Source: Acidobacteriota bacterium
GTDB taxonomy: Bacteria > Acidobacteriota > UBA6911 > RPQK01 > JAJDTT01
Direction: 5' to 3'
DNA length: 64,000 nt
NCBI GenBank assembly: GCA_965263035.1
Contig: OZ253580.1
Location: 5,344,001 to 5,408,000, forward strand
The first letter of the stretch is position 1. Every line of letters starts with the position of its first letter. The position numbers and the translations under genes were made by a program. The notes beneath the pieces were generated by a model, which was given only the letters and a program-made list of their open reading frames with translations, was not told where the DNA came from and searched no databases. This document shows, one piece after another, positions 1 through 9,289 of the stretch.

Positions 1-2
1 TT

Positions 3-1082
3 CGCCGGCGCGAGTTCGGTCAGGTTCTGGCTGCGACAGGGCTGGGGCTGGCGGCCGGATCGCCGCGTTCCGAGGCAGTGGTCACGAAGAAACGGCGCAT
101 TCCTCTGGGATTCGACAATTATTCGATTCGGGCGTTGGGATGGAAGGCGCCGCGTCTCATCCGGTACGCCTCCTCCCTGGGGTTGGACTCGTGCCTGCTC
201 TCGGACCTGCACGTCTACGAAAGCCACGACGAGTCCTATCTCAAGGAGATTCGGTCCCAGGCGCAGGGCGCGGGCATCCGACTTCACGTGGGGACGGGAA
301 GCATCTGTCCCACTTCCTCCAGCTTCAAGACCGACTTCGGCAGCGCGGAAGAACACCTGGAGCTCACCATCCGGATCGCCCGGGTTCTGGGATCGCCGGT
401 GGCCCGTTGCTTTCTGGGAACACGCCAGGATCGTCTGGGTCCGGACGGGATCGAGCCTCACATGAAGAGCACCATCCAGGTCTTTCGGAAACTGAGAAGC
501 CGGGCCGTTGAGGCGGGAGTTCGCATCGCCATCGAGAATCATGCCGGCGATATGCAGGCCCGGGAGACGGTTCGTGTGATCGAGGAGGCGGGGAGCGACT
601 TCGTGGGGGCGACGGTGGATTCGGGAAACGCCACCTGGAGTCTGGAGGACCCGGTCCGGAATCTGGAGATCCTGGGTCCCTACGCCGTTTCCAGCGGCAT
701 CCGGGATTCCATGGTCTGGGAGGACGCGGCCGGCGCCCGGGTCCAGTGGGCGGCCATGGGGGACGGCTGCGTCGACCTGGAGACCTACATGGATCGATTT
801 GCCCAGCTCTGTCCCGGCGTCCCCATCCAGTTGGAAACCATCTCCGGGGTGCAGAGATCCGTTCCCTATCTGAAGGAGGACTTCTGGAGTCCTTACCCGG
901 CCGCCCTGGCCCAGGACTTTGCCGCGTTCGTGGCCCTGGCCAAGCGGGGCTCGCCATTGACGCCTCTTACGGTTCTGGAGGGCGTCGACCCCGCGGAGGC
1001 GGCTGCCTCGTACCAGAAGGCGGAGTTGGAGCGTAGCGTCCACTATTGCAAGGAGGTCCTGGGGCTGGGCTTGAAGTCGTAG
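3..1082 (+). CDS. Sugar phosphate isomerase/epimerase (xylose isomerase-like TIM barrel) with probable Tat signal; 5' end lies outside the window
   Basis: The frame is open from base 3 (RRREFGQVLAATGLGLAAG, twin-arginine-like). Contains IAIENH, VDSGN and GDG motifs of the AP-endonuclease-2/TIM-barrel family. Confidence 0.8.
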   Translation, partial: RRREFGQVLAATGLGLAAGSPRSEAVVTKKRRIPLGFDNYSIRALGWKAPRLIRYASSLGLDSCLLSDLHVYESHDESYLKEIRSQAQGAGIRLHVGTGSICPTSSSFKTDFGSAEEHLELTIRIARVLGSPVARCFLGTRQDRLGPDGIEPHMKSTIQVFRKLRSRAVEAGVRIAIENHAGDMQARETVRVIEEAGSDFVGATVDSGNATWSLEDPVRNLEILGPYAVSSGIRDSMVWEDAAGARVQWAAMGDGCVDLETYMDRFAQLCPGVPIQLETISGVQRSVPYLKEDFWSPYPAALAQDFAAFVALAKRGSPLTPLTVLEGVDPAEAAASYQKAELERSVHYCKEVLGLGLKS

Positions 1083-1114
1083 CCTCGGGGCGTCGAGGAG
1101 GTTTGAACCGAAAA

Positions 1115-2296
1115 ATGCAGATCACGAAAGTCGATTCCTACATCGTGGAGAATCCTTGGAACCCCTGGTTCTTCGTGCGGGTGGAGACGGATACGGGGGT
1201 TGTGGGCGTCGGCGAAGGGATCGGGTACCACTGGTCCCTGGCCGCTCAAGCCTATCTGCGCCAGAACGGGGAGCATCTCTTCCTGGGCCGGGACCCCCAC
1301 GACATCGAGCGGATGGTCCTGGACACCCGCCAGATGCTGGGGATCGATCGGGGCCTGGGGATGGTGGAGAGGAGCGTTCTCTCGGCCGTGGAGCAGGCCT
1401 GTTGGGACATTCTGGGGAAACACTACGGAGTCCCGGTCTACAAGTTGCTGGGCGGCAAGGTACGGGACCGGATCCGGGTGTACGCCAACGGCTGGTACAA
1501 CAACTTCGACGTCCGAGACGTTCGCCAATGGGCCGCCAAGGCGAGAAAGCTGGTGGACGAGGGTTACACGGCGCTCAAGTTTGACCCCTTCGGAGCGGCG
1601 TACCGGCGCCTCGAGCCCTCCGAGTTCCGCTTGGCCGTGGAAATCGTCGCCGCCCTCCGCGAGGCCACGGGGCCCGACACCGGCCTGATCGTGGAGGCGC
1701 ACGCCCGGTTTCATCCCGAAGCCGCGATTCAGTTCGGCAAGGCCATCGAGCCGTACGACCTGCTCTGGTACGAGGCGCCGACCCTGGGGTACCTGGGTCC
1801 CGCTCCCCTCAAGGAAGTGGCGTCCCGGGTCAATATTCCCATCGGGACCGACGTGGCCGGAATCAGCGATCTGGTCCAGGCCAGCCAGTATCTGCCTGAC
1901 AGGGCGGCGGGCGTCTATCAGCCCGACGTGGGCTATTCCTGCGGAATCCTGGAGGTGAAGAAGATGGCGGCGCTGGCCGACGCCCTGGGCGTGTTCTTCG
2001 CTCCCCACCAGTCCCTGGGGCCCATCTGCATGGCGGCTTCGATCCAGGTCAGCTTCACCGCACCCGCCTTCCTGATCCAGGAGGCGTTCGCCGAGTTCGC
2101 GTATCCCTCCTGGACGCGGGATCTGGTCACCGGATCGGCCCCGATCCGGAACGGATATATCGAATTGCCGGAAAAACCGGGACTGGGTGTGGAACTGGAC
2201 GTCTCGGTGGCCCGCCAACATCCCCTCAAGGGAGACCGGGTGATCGATCTCCTGGCTGAAGGGTGGGAGGGGCGGTCGGACGTCTTGAAGGAATAA
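1115..2296 (+). CDS. Mandelate racemase/muconate lactonizing enzyme family (galactonate dehydratase-like)
   Basis: ATG at 1115 after GAGGAGG. Motifs WDILGK..GVPVYKLLGG, VYANGW, KFDPF, EAHARF, PGLGVE. Confidence 0.9.
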   Translation: MQITKVDSYIVENPWNPWFFVRVETDTGVVGVGEGIGYHWSLAAQAYLRQNGEHLFLGRDPHDIERMVLDTRQMLGIDRGLGMVERSVLSAVEQACWDILGKHYGVPVYKLLGGKVRDRIRVYANGWYNNFDVRDVRQWAAKARKLVDEGYTALKFDPFGAAYRRLEPSEFRLAVEIVAALREATGPDTGLIVEAHARFHPEAAIQFGKAIEPYDLLWYEAPTLGYLGPAPLKEVASRVNIPIGTDVAGISDLVQASQYLPDRAAGVYQPDVGYSCGILEVKKMAALADALGVFFAPHQSLGPICMAASIQVSFTAPAFLIQEAFAEFAYPSWTRDLVTGSAPIRNGYIELPEKPGLGVELDVSVARQHPLKGDRVIDLLAEGWEGRSDVLKE

Positions 2297-2401
2297 CTCT
2301 TGGACGAGAGGACGGGTAGCGGTGGATCAGAACTCGTTGTGGTCGCGCCTAAAAATAGTCTCCGAATAGAATTAGAATCCTATGGATAATATTATGGAAG
2401 C

Positions 2402-2605
2402 ATGAAGACTACAGTAGATATTCCCAGAAGGGAACTTGAGGATGCTATGAGGTTCACCAACGCGAAGACCAAGCGAGAAGCAATCGTCGGTGCCATCGCA
2501 GATTTCAATCGGCGCATGCGCACGGCAGAGCTCACACGATTCTCGGGAACCTGCACTGAACTGATCACCCCAGAAGAAATTCAGGCCAATCGTCGCAAAG
2601 GGTAA
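2402..2605 (+). CDS. vapB: VapB-type antitoxin
   Basis: MKTTVDI...TKREAI RHH-like N-terminus, directly upstream of a PIN-domain gene. Confidence 0.85.
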   Translation: MKTTVDIPRRELEDAMRFTNAKTKREAIVGAIADFNRRMRTAELTRFSGTCTELITPEEIQANRRKG

Positions 2606-2609
2606 CCCG

Positions 2610-2993
2610 GTGATCCTTGTCGATACGTCGTCTTGGATTCACATGCTGCGCCGGAACGGCGATCCAGCAGTTCGCGTCCGTGTCGAAATGGCGCTGAGGA
2701 CAGGCCAGGCCTGCTGGTGTCCTTTGGTCCAGTTGGAACTCTGGAACGGCGCGGGGGGCCAGCAGGAACAGAAGGCTCTGCGGGAATTCGCCCGGGTGCT
2801 ACCAGAACTTCGCATTGACGATGAGGTCTGGCGAATTGCGCATGATTTGGCGCGTCGAGCCAGAGCTCAAGGCATTACTGTGCCTGCTACGGACGTGATC
2901 GTGGCTGCCTGCGCCCGCCGTTACGGTGTTGTTCTCGAAACCGCCGATTCAGATTTCGAACGTTTGGCTTCCGTAATCAGACCAATGGGATAG
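2610..2993 (+). CDS. vapC: VapC PIN-domain toxin
   Basis: ILVDTSSWI, EL, D.IVAA and TADSDF PIN acidic motifs. Confidence 0.9.
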   Translation: MILVDTSSWIHMLRRNGDPAVRVRVEMALRTGQACWCPLVQLELWNGAGGQQEQKALREFARVLPELRIDDEVWRIAHDLARRARAQGITVPATDVIVAACARRYGVVLETADSDFERLASVIRPMG

Positions 2994-3063
2994 GCTGCCC
3001 TTGCCAACTGCCCAGTGCTCCTTGGGAGTTTGACGGCTAGGAAGCCGCCGCTCCCGATTACCT

Positions 3064-3122
3064 TTGACACGACAGTATTTTCTATCAATAGTAAATATCG
3101 AGCCATATTTTACTATTGATAG
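3064..3122 (+). promoter_or_regulatory. Putative sigma70 promoter overlapped by a 14-bp perfect inverted repeat (operator)
   Basis: TTGACA (3064-3069), 17-nt spacer, AATAGT. Inverted repeat CTATCAATAGTAAA (3082-3095) / TTTACTATTGATAG (3109-3122). Confidence 0.5.
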
Positions 3123-3431
3123 CGAACACATCGCCAAAAATACACAATCCGATCGCAAAACAAGAGTGACTTTGCCGGCTCCCGAATTCCCAAGAATTCG
3201 GCGGCTGGAAAGCAGTCCGCTCACCTGCTAACAGGACCGGACACTTCACGGACTAACGACACGGGATGGAAACACCAAATCAGAACCCACGATTTGCAAC
3301 ATGGATATTCCAAAGTGGCCACTACTTACGCCAATTCATGCCCGGGGCGGAAGCTCCTCGATCCTCATCTTGCTATCATCCGACAAACTAGATTCGGCGG
3401 ACTCAGTGTTCGACCAGCTGGAAGGATCGGC

Positions 3432-4445
3432 ATGCACAAGCTATTTCGCACGACGGTGACCGGGAGCTATCCGCGTCCGGTCCAGCCCCAGGACACTCTG
3501 CGCAAGCCGGAACTCAGCCGGGAGGAGGCCGACGAGATCATCCGGTGGGCGGTTCGGGACCAGGTGGACGCGGGGTTGGACATCGTGACCGACGGCGAGG
3601 GCCGGCGCGAGAACATGTACTACTTCGTCCAGAAGCGGGTCGAAGGCGTCAGCTTCGAAAAGATGACCTACCGCGAGTTCGGGACCGCCGGCTTCGGAAT
3701 CGAGTTGGCTCAGGTGGTCGGCCCCCTCACCAATCCCAACGTGGGACTGGCCCACGACTGGCGTGTGGCCCGGGACGCTGCTCCAGCAGGTGTCGAGGTC
3801 AAGATCACCTGCATCGGCCCGCATATGCTGGCCAAGTTCTCAGACAACCGCCGGCCCGACCTTTACCCGGACGACGCCGCGCTGGCGGCCGGGTACGCCC
3901 GGATCCTGAACCAGGAGTTTCGGGAAGCGGTCCGCGCCGGTTGCGAGTTCATCCAGTTCGACGAACCGGCCTGGACCGCATTCCCCGAAGACGCGGCCTG
4001 GGCGGCCGAAACCCTGAAATTGGCGACGGAGGGACTCGGCATACGATTCGGTCTGCATGTCTGTGGGGGAAATGCTTACCGTAAACGTGTCTACTTCGCC
4101 CGTTACACCGACATGGTCGAGGCCTTTCGCGCCGCTCCGGTCGACCAGATCTCCCTGGAGCATTGCACCCTGGAATACGACATGATGCCGCTCTGGGAGG
4201 AACTGGACTATCGGGGGGAGTTTGCCGTGGGAGTCCTGGATCAACGCAGCGACGAGATCGAGCCGCCGGATCTGATCGTCGAACGGATTCGGCCGGCCCT
4301 GGAGCATTTTCCTCCCGAACGCTTGCTGCTGACGTCCGAATGCGGCTTTCAGCACGTCCCGCTGGATGTCACCCGCTACAAGTTGAGGACCCTGGTGGCG
4401 GGCGCCGAACAGGCTCGAAGGGTCCTGGTCCGTCGATCCGGCTGA
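3432..4445 (+). CDS. Cobalamin-independent methionine synthase II family (MetE C-terminal/core-type)
   Basis: GSYPRP, DIVTDGEGRR, IQFDEP, LHVCGGN and SECGF Zn-binding motifs. ATG at 3432 after GAAGGA. Confidence 0.85.
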   Translation: MHKLFRTTVTGSYPRPVQPQDTLRKPELSREEADEIIRWAVRDQVDAGLDIVTDGEGRRENMYYFVQKRVEGVSFEKMTYREFGTAGFGIELAQVVGPLTNPNVGLAHDWRVARDAAPAGVEVKITCIGPHMLAKFSDNRRPDLYPDDAALAAGYARILNQEFREAVRAGCEFIQFDEPAWTAFPEDAAWAAETLKLATEGLGIRFGLHVCGGNAYRKRVYFARYTDMVEAFRAAPVDQISLEHCTLEYDMMPLWEELDYRGEFAVGVLDQRSDEIEPPDLIVERIRPALEHFPPERLLLTSECGFQHVPLDVTRYKLRTLVAGAEQARRVLVRRSG

Positions 4446-4460
4446 GGAAACGAGGAACCC

Positions 4461-4769
4461 GTGGGCACCGTCTTCACACCACTTGACGCGGGCGTCTTCT
4501 TCGCCGCCTTGGCTCTGGTGATGGCCATCGGCCTGCTGGCGTCCCGGCGCGAGAACACGGCGGAGGCCTATTTTCTGGCGGGCCGAAACATCCCTTGGTG
4601 GGGCGTGGCCGGTTCCATCTACGGCAGCAACGTCAGCGCCAATCACATGATCGGGATGATGGGCATCGGCTTCAGCGTCGGTTTCGCCCAGAGCCACTTC
4701 GAGCTGGGGGCCATCGCCGGCCTCATGCTCCTCTGCTACGGGTTCCTCCCGGTCTATCGAAAGTTGAAG
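4461..4769 (+). pseudogene. Sodium:solute symporter (SSS), 5' part, interrupted by the integrated element
   Basis: YFLAGRNIPWW, S.YGSNVS and FLPVYRKLK SSS motifs. Homology stops at TTGAAG (4764-4769), and the ORF runs 11 further codons into the insert to a stop at 4805. Confidence 0.9.
4764..4769 (+). repeat. attL core (TTGAAG)
   Basis: Duplicated at 14661-14666. Encodes Leu-Lys (codons 102-103) of the SSS gene. Confidence 0.85.
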
Positions 4770-4836
4770 GCTTGCACTGTCCGACCATGTATATTTCCAT
4801 TATAGGGGAACCCGGCTGACGGTCCAGCCCAAAGTG

Positions 4837-4921
4837 CCCCCGCTGGCGGAATTGGCAGACACGGGAGGCTTAAACCCTCCTGGCCGCAAGGCCGTGTGGG
4901 TTCGAATCCCCGCGCCGGGGA
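4837..4921 (+). tRNA. tRNA-Leu(TAA)-like gene, degenerate or atypical
   Basis: D-loop GGCGGAATTGGCAGAC, anticodon arm GGAGG-CTTAAAC-CCTCC, long variable arm GGCC-GCAA-GGCC, T-loop GGTTCGAATCC. Defects: C-A mismatch in D-stem, extra C in T-stem, C-C mismatch in acceptor stem, no encoded CCA. Confidence 0.75.
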
Positions 4922-4949
4922 CTCCTGAAGACTGTGCCTCCGCAGGACT

Positions 4950-5520
4950 CTACAACCCCAGGTCCTTAAGGTCACGGAGGCCAATTGCCTTCAGATCGAC
5001 ATTCCCTTCTTCGAGAGGATGGAGAGGGTCTAATTCGTAGTGTCTCTGAAACAAGTGAATCGTTTGACCGACAACTCGTGCGAGACTTCTCACTTGGGGG
5101 ATACGTTGCTGAGATTCATTTGCAGGCAGATCAAGCGCATCACCAAGAAGAATAGGGATGGTATCGAAGATAGTGAGCACGCTAGCAGCCGCATAGTGGT
5201 TCAAATCGCCTAGTCTTGGTAGTGCGGATTCAAAAACTCTTTTGCTGTTGACAGTCTCATATGCGGATCTTTCGTAGATTTTTCCTGGCCTCGATAATAT
5301 CGCGGCCAGAGCGACCAGTTTATTGTGGAGATCCGATCTGAGTAGCGAAGCAACTGCCTTTGCTTTAGCGCGGCGCCTTTCGGCCTGAAGCTTGCGAGCG
5401 TTCTTCATCGTCAAATAGGAGGAAAGGAACGCAGCACCCAAACCAATCACATACGGCCCCAGTGTCTTTAGGAAGTTGAGTATCGTTACGGCGCTTGGCG
5501 CTTGTCCCGGATCAGCCATT
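4950..5520 (-). CDS. Hypothetical cargo protein with one N-terminal TM helix (start uncertain; ORF open to 5672)
   Basis: Visibly AT-richer than the flanks. Hydrophobic YVIGLGAAFLSSYL followed by a basic helical segment. Confidence 0.6.
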
Positions 5521-5672
5521 TCAGACACTTCTAAGAGTAGCATGGCTACCAGCCTATCGATCCAGTGTGACACCCCCGGCGTGGTACTCTGGCGGGGCCT
5601 GGAGGCGTTATTCCGCTTGGTCCGTCTGGGAGTTTGGGCGGGAATCGTCAGGCTCACCAGGTCTCCAAGCAC

Positions 5673-6300
5673 CCCCGGAATTTATTCTGATGGCTCAGAA
5701 TCGCCGGGGAGCGGTCCTTCCAACGTGTGTCACCGGATTCTGGTAAACTGCACGGCAGAGTCGGGCAGGGAGCGACGGGCCACAATCACACGAGTCTCAT
5801 CCACTCGTGGCCAGGCACCCTGCCCTTTTTTCCCATCCACTGTCGTACCGTCCGTGATAAACTCCACAGCAGGATGAGGCTCGATCTCGCGGACCATTAC
5901 CAGATACCGCTCTCCAGTCTCGTCTTGCGTCCGTTTGCTGTGGGCTTATGCGCGGGCCGGACGCGATTTAAGACGATCTCCAACAGCGGGATCGGCGGTG
6001 CGGGACGGGACCTTCATACCGCACGCGGCAACCCCGAAGGAGCGGGCCAACCGGGCAACCGGCCCCGTTCTGGAGTCCAGGGCCGGAAGGGCGGGGAGTT
6101 CACAGCCTCCGCGGAAATGTGCTGGACTCCCGCTAGCAGGCGATCTCTGATCTAGCGGGTAGAAGATCTGCCAGGGAAAATCAGCGGGGTGGGTTCACGC
6201 GTACGCGCGCGAGGATCTGAATACCCCTCTGGTTTTTCCGATCCGCCGTAGGCGGGGAGGCCAAAGCAGATGGGGTTCCTACTTGCACCACACCCCTACC
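5673..6300. other. Hairpin-dense non-coding tract (candidate ncRNA and/or replication origin)
   Basis: Stems include GGGCAGGG/CCCTGCCC followed by T6 (5763-5831), GGAGTCCAG/CTGGACTCC (6072-6130) and CCCGCTAG/CTAGCGGG (6129-6159). No convincing ORF. Confidence 0.4.
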
Positions 6301-6414
6301 TAATCTTTAATTATCTTCAGTTTTGGTTTTAGGGGAAGAGAGAAAGTTAGAGGAGGAGTACCCATTACTACACCTTCCCGCCCCGCAGGGGTCTTACAGA
6401 CGAAATAGGAGGAA

Positions 6415-6702
6415 GTGATGCTACGAGGAAAGCGAACTCGATTTGCACTGTACGCGGTCACCGATGACCCGGATGTTCTGGTGGTGGATCGGAAAATGGC
6501 GGAGTGGATCGAGAAGCCCCCGCTTTGGACCTGGGACGACTTCCACGTCGTCGGGGTCTTCGAGTGCTCCGCCGATACTGCTATTGACTTGCTCAACGGC
6601 CAAGAGCTGATCTGTGGAGGATACGAGGAGAATCCGAATATCCCCGGCGTAGGGATCAAGACTATCTGGTCGCTCTGCGAAGTGCCTGACCCTGCTCGGT
6701 GA
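6415..6702 (+). CDS. Hypothetical protein (element)
   Basis: AGGAGG RBS upstream; 95-aa ORF with protein-like composition. Confidence 0.6.
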   Translation: MMLRGKRTRFALYAVTDDPDVLVVDRKMAEWIEKPPLWTWDDFHVVGVFECSADTAIDLLNGQELICGGYEENPNIPGVGIKTIWSLCEVPDPAR

Positions 6703-6756
6703 TTACACTTCTGATACCATGCCCCCGTTGGGTGTGGCCGACCCCCTCCTAAACTT

Positions 6757-6772
6757 CCCCCCCCCCCCCCCC
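6757..6772 (+). repeat. C16 homopolymer
   Basis: 16 consecutive C upstream of the morphogenesis operon. Confidence 0.85.
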
Positions 6773-6851
6773 AATCCCACCTTTGCTAGGCAATTTCGAC
6801 CCCCTGTATTTACGACTGAAATAGTCAGACCCTCCCTTCCATACTGCCTGC

Positions 6852-7100
6852 GTGACCGGATCTCGGACCTCTTACCGATTGATGATCAATGCTGAGTGGG
6901 ACGACGGACGTCCCTCGATCGACGTTTCTGTCCGGGAGATTCCAAGCGATGTCAGTCCTGCCGATGTCATCAAGCTGCTTCGCAACTGCTTGATCCTGGG
7001 TCCGCATCGTCTGGAATTCAGGGAATTGCAGGCGGGCGGTGCTTGCGGATTCCTAATCATAGGCTCCACCAAGCCACGGCGCGGGAGGCCCCCAAAATGA
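6852..7100 (+). CDS. Hypothetical protein with C-terminal AT-hook-like PRRGRPPK
   Basis: Stop codon overlaps the next ATG (ATGA at 7097-7100). Start uncertain. Confidence 0.45.
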   Translation: MTGSRTSYRLMINAEWDDGRPSIDVSVREIPSDVSPADVIKLLRNCLILGPHRLEFRELQAGGACGFLIIGSTKPRRGRPPK

Positions 7101-7345
7101 GGGCGCACAGATCCAGGCATCGCTGGGGACCGTCTCCTCTAAGCACCAGTTACTGGGCGGACATAGTACGTCCGGAGTGGGTGATCGCGTTGAAGCGCCA
7201 GAAGCTGGACGACACCATCCAACGGATGGCCTTGCCCTTCCTCGACAAAAACCGGCCGGGATCGCCGGGCCAGAAGTGCTCGGTTGACGCTGCATGGGAG
7301 ACGATTTTGCGGGCCAACGAGATCTACTTGAGGACTGGGCAATGA
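7097..7345 (+). CDS. Hypothetical protein (82 aa)
   Basis: GGGAGG RBS; ATGA overlaps at both ends. Confidence 0.6.
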   Translation: MRAHRSRHRWGPSPLSTSYWADIVRPEWVIALKRQKLDDTIQRMALPFLDKNRPGSPGQKCSVDAAWETILRANEIYLRTGQ

Positions 7346-7719
7346 CCATCAAGATCACCCTGCTCAACGAGCGGCAGATCCTCCAGGGCATCGACCAGTT
7401 GGAGACAGTCTTGGGCCGAGAGATGGTCACGGGCGTGAATCGAGCCACGAAGAAGATACTGTCCACCGCCAAGCGTAATGCTCCGGTAGATACGGGACAA
7501 CTTAGGGATAGCGGATCCAGAGATCCTGCTGCTGTGAAGAAGAGCGGGCTGGGTGGGACTTCTGTTGTAGGTGCTGTTGAATTTTCGGCTCCTTATGCTG
7601 TGGCCGTCGAGTACGGAAAAGGTCGAGGCAATCACTACTTGCGGTCGGCTATAGACAGGCACGAGGGTGGCCGGGATGACATCGCCGCCGCCATCGGGCG
7701 GGCAGTGGGGGCGGTATGA
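7342..7719 (+). CDS. HK97 gp10-family phage neck/tail-completion protein
   Basis: AKRNAPVDTGQLRDS, YAVAVEYG and YLRSA motifs. Confidence 0.8.
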   Translation: MTIKITLLNERQILQGIDQLETVLGREMVTGVNRATKKILSTAKRNAPVDTGQLRDSGSRDPAAVKKSGLGGTSVVGAVEFSAPYAVAVEYGKGRGNHYLRSAIDRHEGGRDDIAAAIGRAVGAV

Positions 7720-7816
7720 CGGCACCGGGGGCATGGGGAACCCCTGCTTCCCGTGATCCGGCCAGGGCGGCATACGTGGTGGGGGTCAGCCTTACGTCCG
7801 GCAAGAAGGATTCTGG

Positions 7817-9289
7817 ATGAGTTTGCAGACGAGAATCCTCCGATATTTGAAGGATCAGGCCGACCACCGGCTCTTGCCCTTCCACCGCGAGTTCATACGG
7901 GGCGCATACGATCCGAGCTGCCAGATCGCCGCTGCGAGCTATCCACGCGGCGCAGCGAAGACGTGGCTGTCGGCCCAGCTGCTCGCATGTTCCCTCAGAC
8001 CACGCTCCCCACTGTTCCGGGCCGGTATCGAGAATCTGGCGATTTCGGCCTCCTTGGAACAGTCGCGGGTCCTGGTGACGTTCGTCCGGCAGATCCTGGA
8101 GCCTTTGGGCGGATATGTTTTCGTCGATTCGAGCCAGCGATTGCAGGTCCGGCATAAGGCGACGAACACGAAATTGAGGGTGCTGAGTTCGAGTGGAAAG
8201 CGAGCACTCGGCCTCTCCCAATTCCAGGCGATTTATGGCGATGAGCCGGGATCGTGGGAATCGAGAAACGGCTTGCTGGTTTGGGATGCGTTGCGCACTT
8301 CATTGGGAAAACTTCCAGGACAGAAACTCATCCTGACCGGTACTCAGGCACCGGCTGATCTCGATTCATGGTGGCCCAATCTCCTTTCCCTGGGATCGGG
8401 ACCCGGGCGCTACGTCCAGGTGCTCGCTGCCGATCCATCCGAGCCCTGGGATGCGTGGCCAACCATCTACGGATGCAATCCCATGGTGTGGAGCAATCCG
8501 CACCTGAGAAAGACGATTTTGAGGGAGCGGGACGAGGCTCGGAAGGACGAAACGCTTAGGGCCTCCTTCAAGGCGTTCCGACTAAATCAGTTGGTGAACG
8601 TCAACGCCGACATGCTGCTCTCGGTGGCTGACTGGAAACGCGTCGAACAGCGTCCCGTTCCTCCACGGGAAGGCCGTCCGATCTGTGGCCTTGACCTCGG
8701 AGCGGAACGAAGTTGGTCCGCAGCCTTTTTGGTGTGGAAAAACGGGAGAAGCGAGTGCTACGCCCTCTGTCCTGGAATACCCAGCTTGTCTCGGAGAGAG
8801 CAGCAGGACGCACAACCCAGGGGTCTCTATCGGAGACTACATGCCGATGGGCATCTCTTGGTCGATGAGGGCCGCAGGGTCTCCCGTCCGAAGGTGTTGA
8901 CCGATCACCTCAAGAAGGTAGGCATCCGCCCCACGGTGGTCTTCTGCGACCGCTTCCAGCTCGGGACGCTGAAGGATGCCGTTACGTGGCCGATCCAGCC
9001 GCGAACGGCCCGATGGAGTGAAGCGACGGAAGACATTTCCTCGTTCCGGCGGATCGCCAAGGATGGACCCCTGGCCATCGAGAAGAAGTCCCGGCCACTG
9101 GCTCGGCTCGGACTGAGTCAGGCCACGGTCGAGACCGACTCCCAAGGTTCCATCCGCATGAAAAAACGGCGGGCGGACCGATCACGCGATGATGTGGCGG
9201 TCAGTGCCGTGCTGGCATCAGGCGGGCTCGTCCGGGCGCTGTCGCGTCCGCAGGCTCCACGGTGGAGATACCGGGGGCGAGTCCAATGA
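7817..9289 (+). CDS. terL: Phage terminase large subunit
   Basis: Walker A-like PRGAAKT, Walker B IYGDE, coupling motif LTGT, nuclease CGLDLG and C-terminal RDDVAVS. Confidence 0.85.
   Translation: MSLQTRILRYLKDQADHRLLPFHREFIRGAYDPSCQIAAASYPRGAAKTWLSAQLLACSLRPRSPLFRAGIENLAISASLEQSRVLVTFVRQILEPLGGYVFVDSSQRLQVRHKATNTKLRVLSSSGKRALGLSQFQAIYGDEPGSWESRNGLLVWDALRTSLGKLPGQKLILTGTQAPADLDSWWPNLLSLGSGPGRYVQVLAADPSEPWDAWPTIYGCNPMVWSNPHLRKTILRERDEARKDETLRASFKAFRLNQLVNVNADMLLSVADWKRVEQRPVPPREGRPICGLDLGAERSWSAAFLVWKNGRSECYALCPGIPSLSRREQQDAQPRGLYRRLHADGHLLVDEGRRVSRPKVLTDHLKKVGIRPTVVFCDRFQLGTLKDAVTWPIQPRTARWSEATEDISSFRRIAKDGPLAIEKKSRPLARLGLSQATVETDSQGSIRMKKRRADRSRDDVAVSAVLASGGLVRALSRPQAPRWRYRGRVQ

Noticed and set aside
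2402-2993. vapBC as part of the integrated element
   Set aside because: It lies 1.8 kb outside attL, separated by host genes. Any link to the element's tRNA is unsupported.
4764-4805. Sigma70 promoter for the tRNA-like gene at attL
   Set aside because: TTGCAC/TTGAAG and TATATT/CATTAT boxes are present but the spacings (12 or 20 nt) are non-canonical.
4837-4921. tRNA as the integration site of the element
   Set aside because: No duplicated tRNA segment at the right end. The true boundary is the TTGAAG break in the SSS gene.
5476-6155. ORFs 5476-5877, 5727-6155 and 5935-6150 as replication or regulator genes
   Set aside because: No recognisable motifs or RBS, low-complexity composition, and overlap with the hairpin tract.
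7720-7800. cos site upstream of terL (G-rich GGGGGCATGGGG)
   Set aside because: The position is plausible but the sequence evidence is too weak without packaged-DNA ends.
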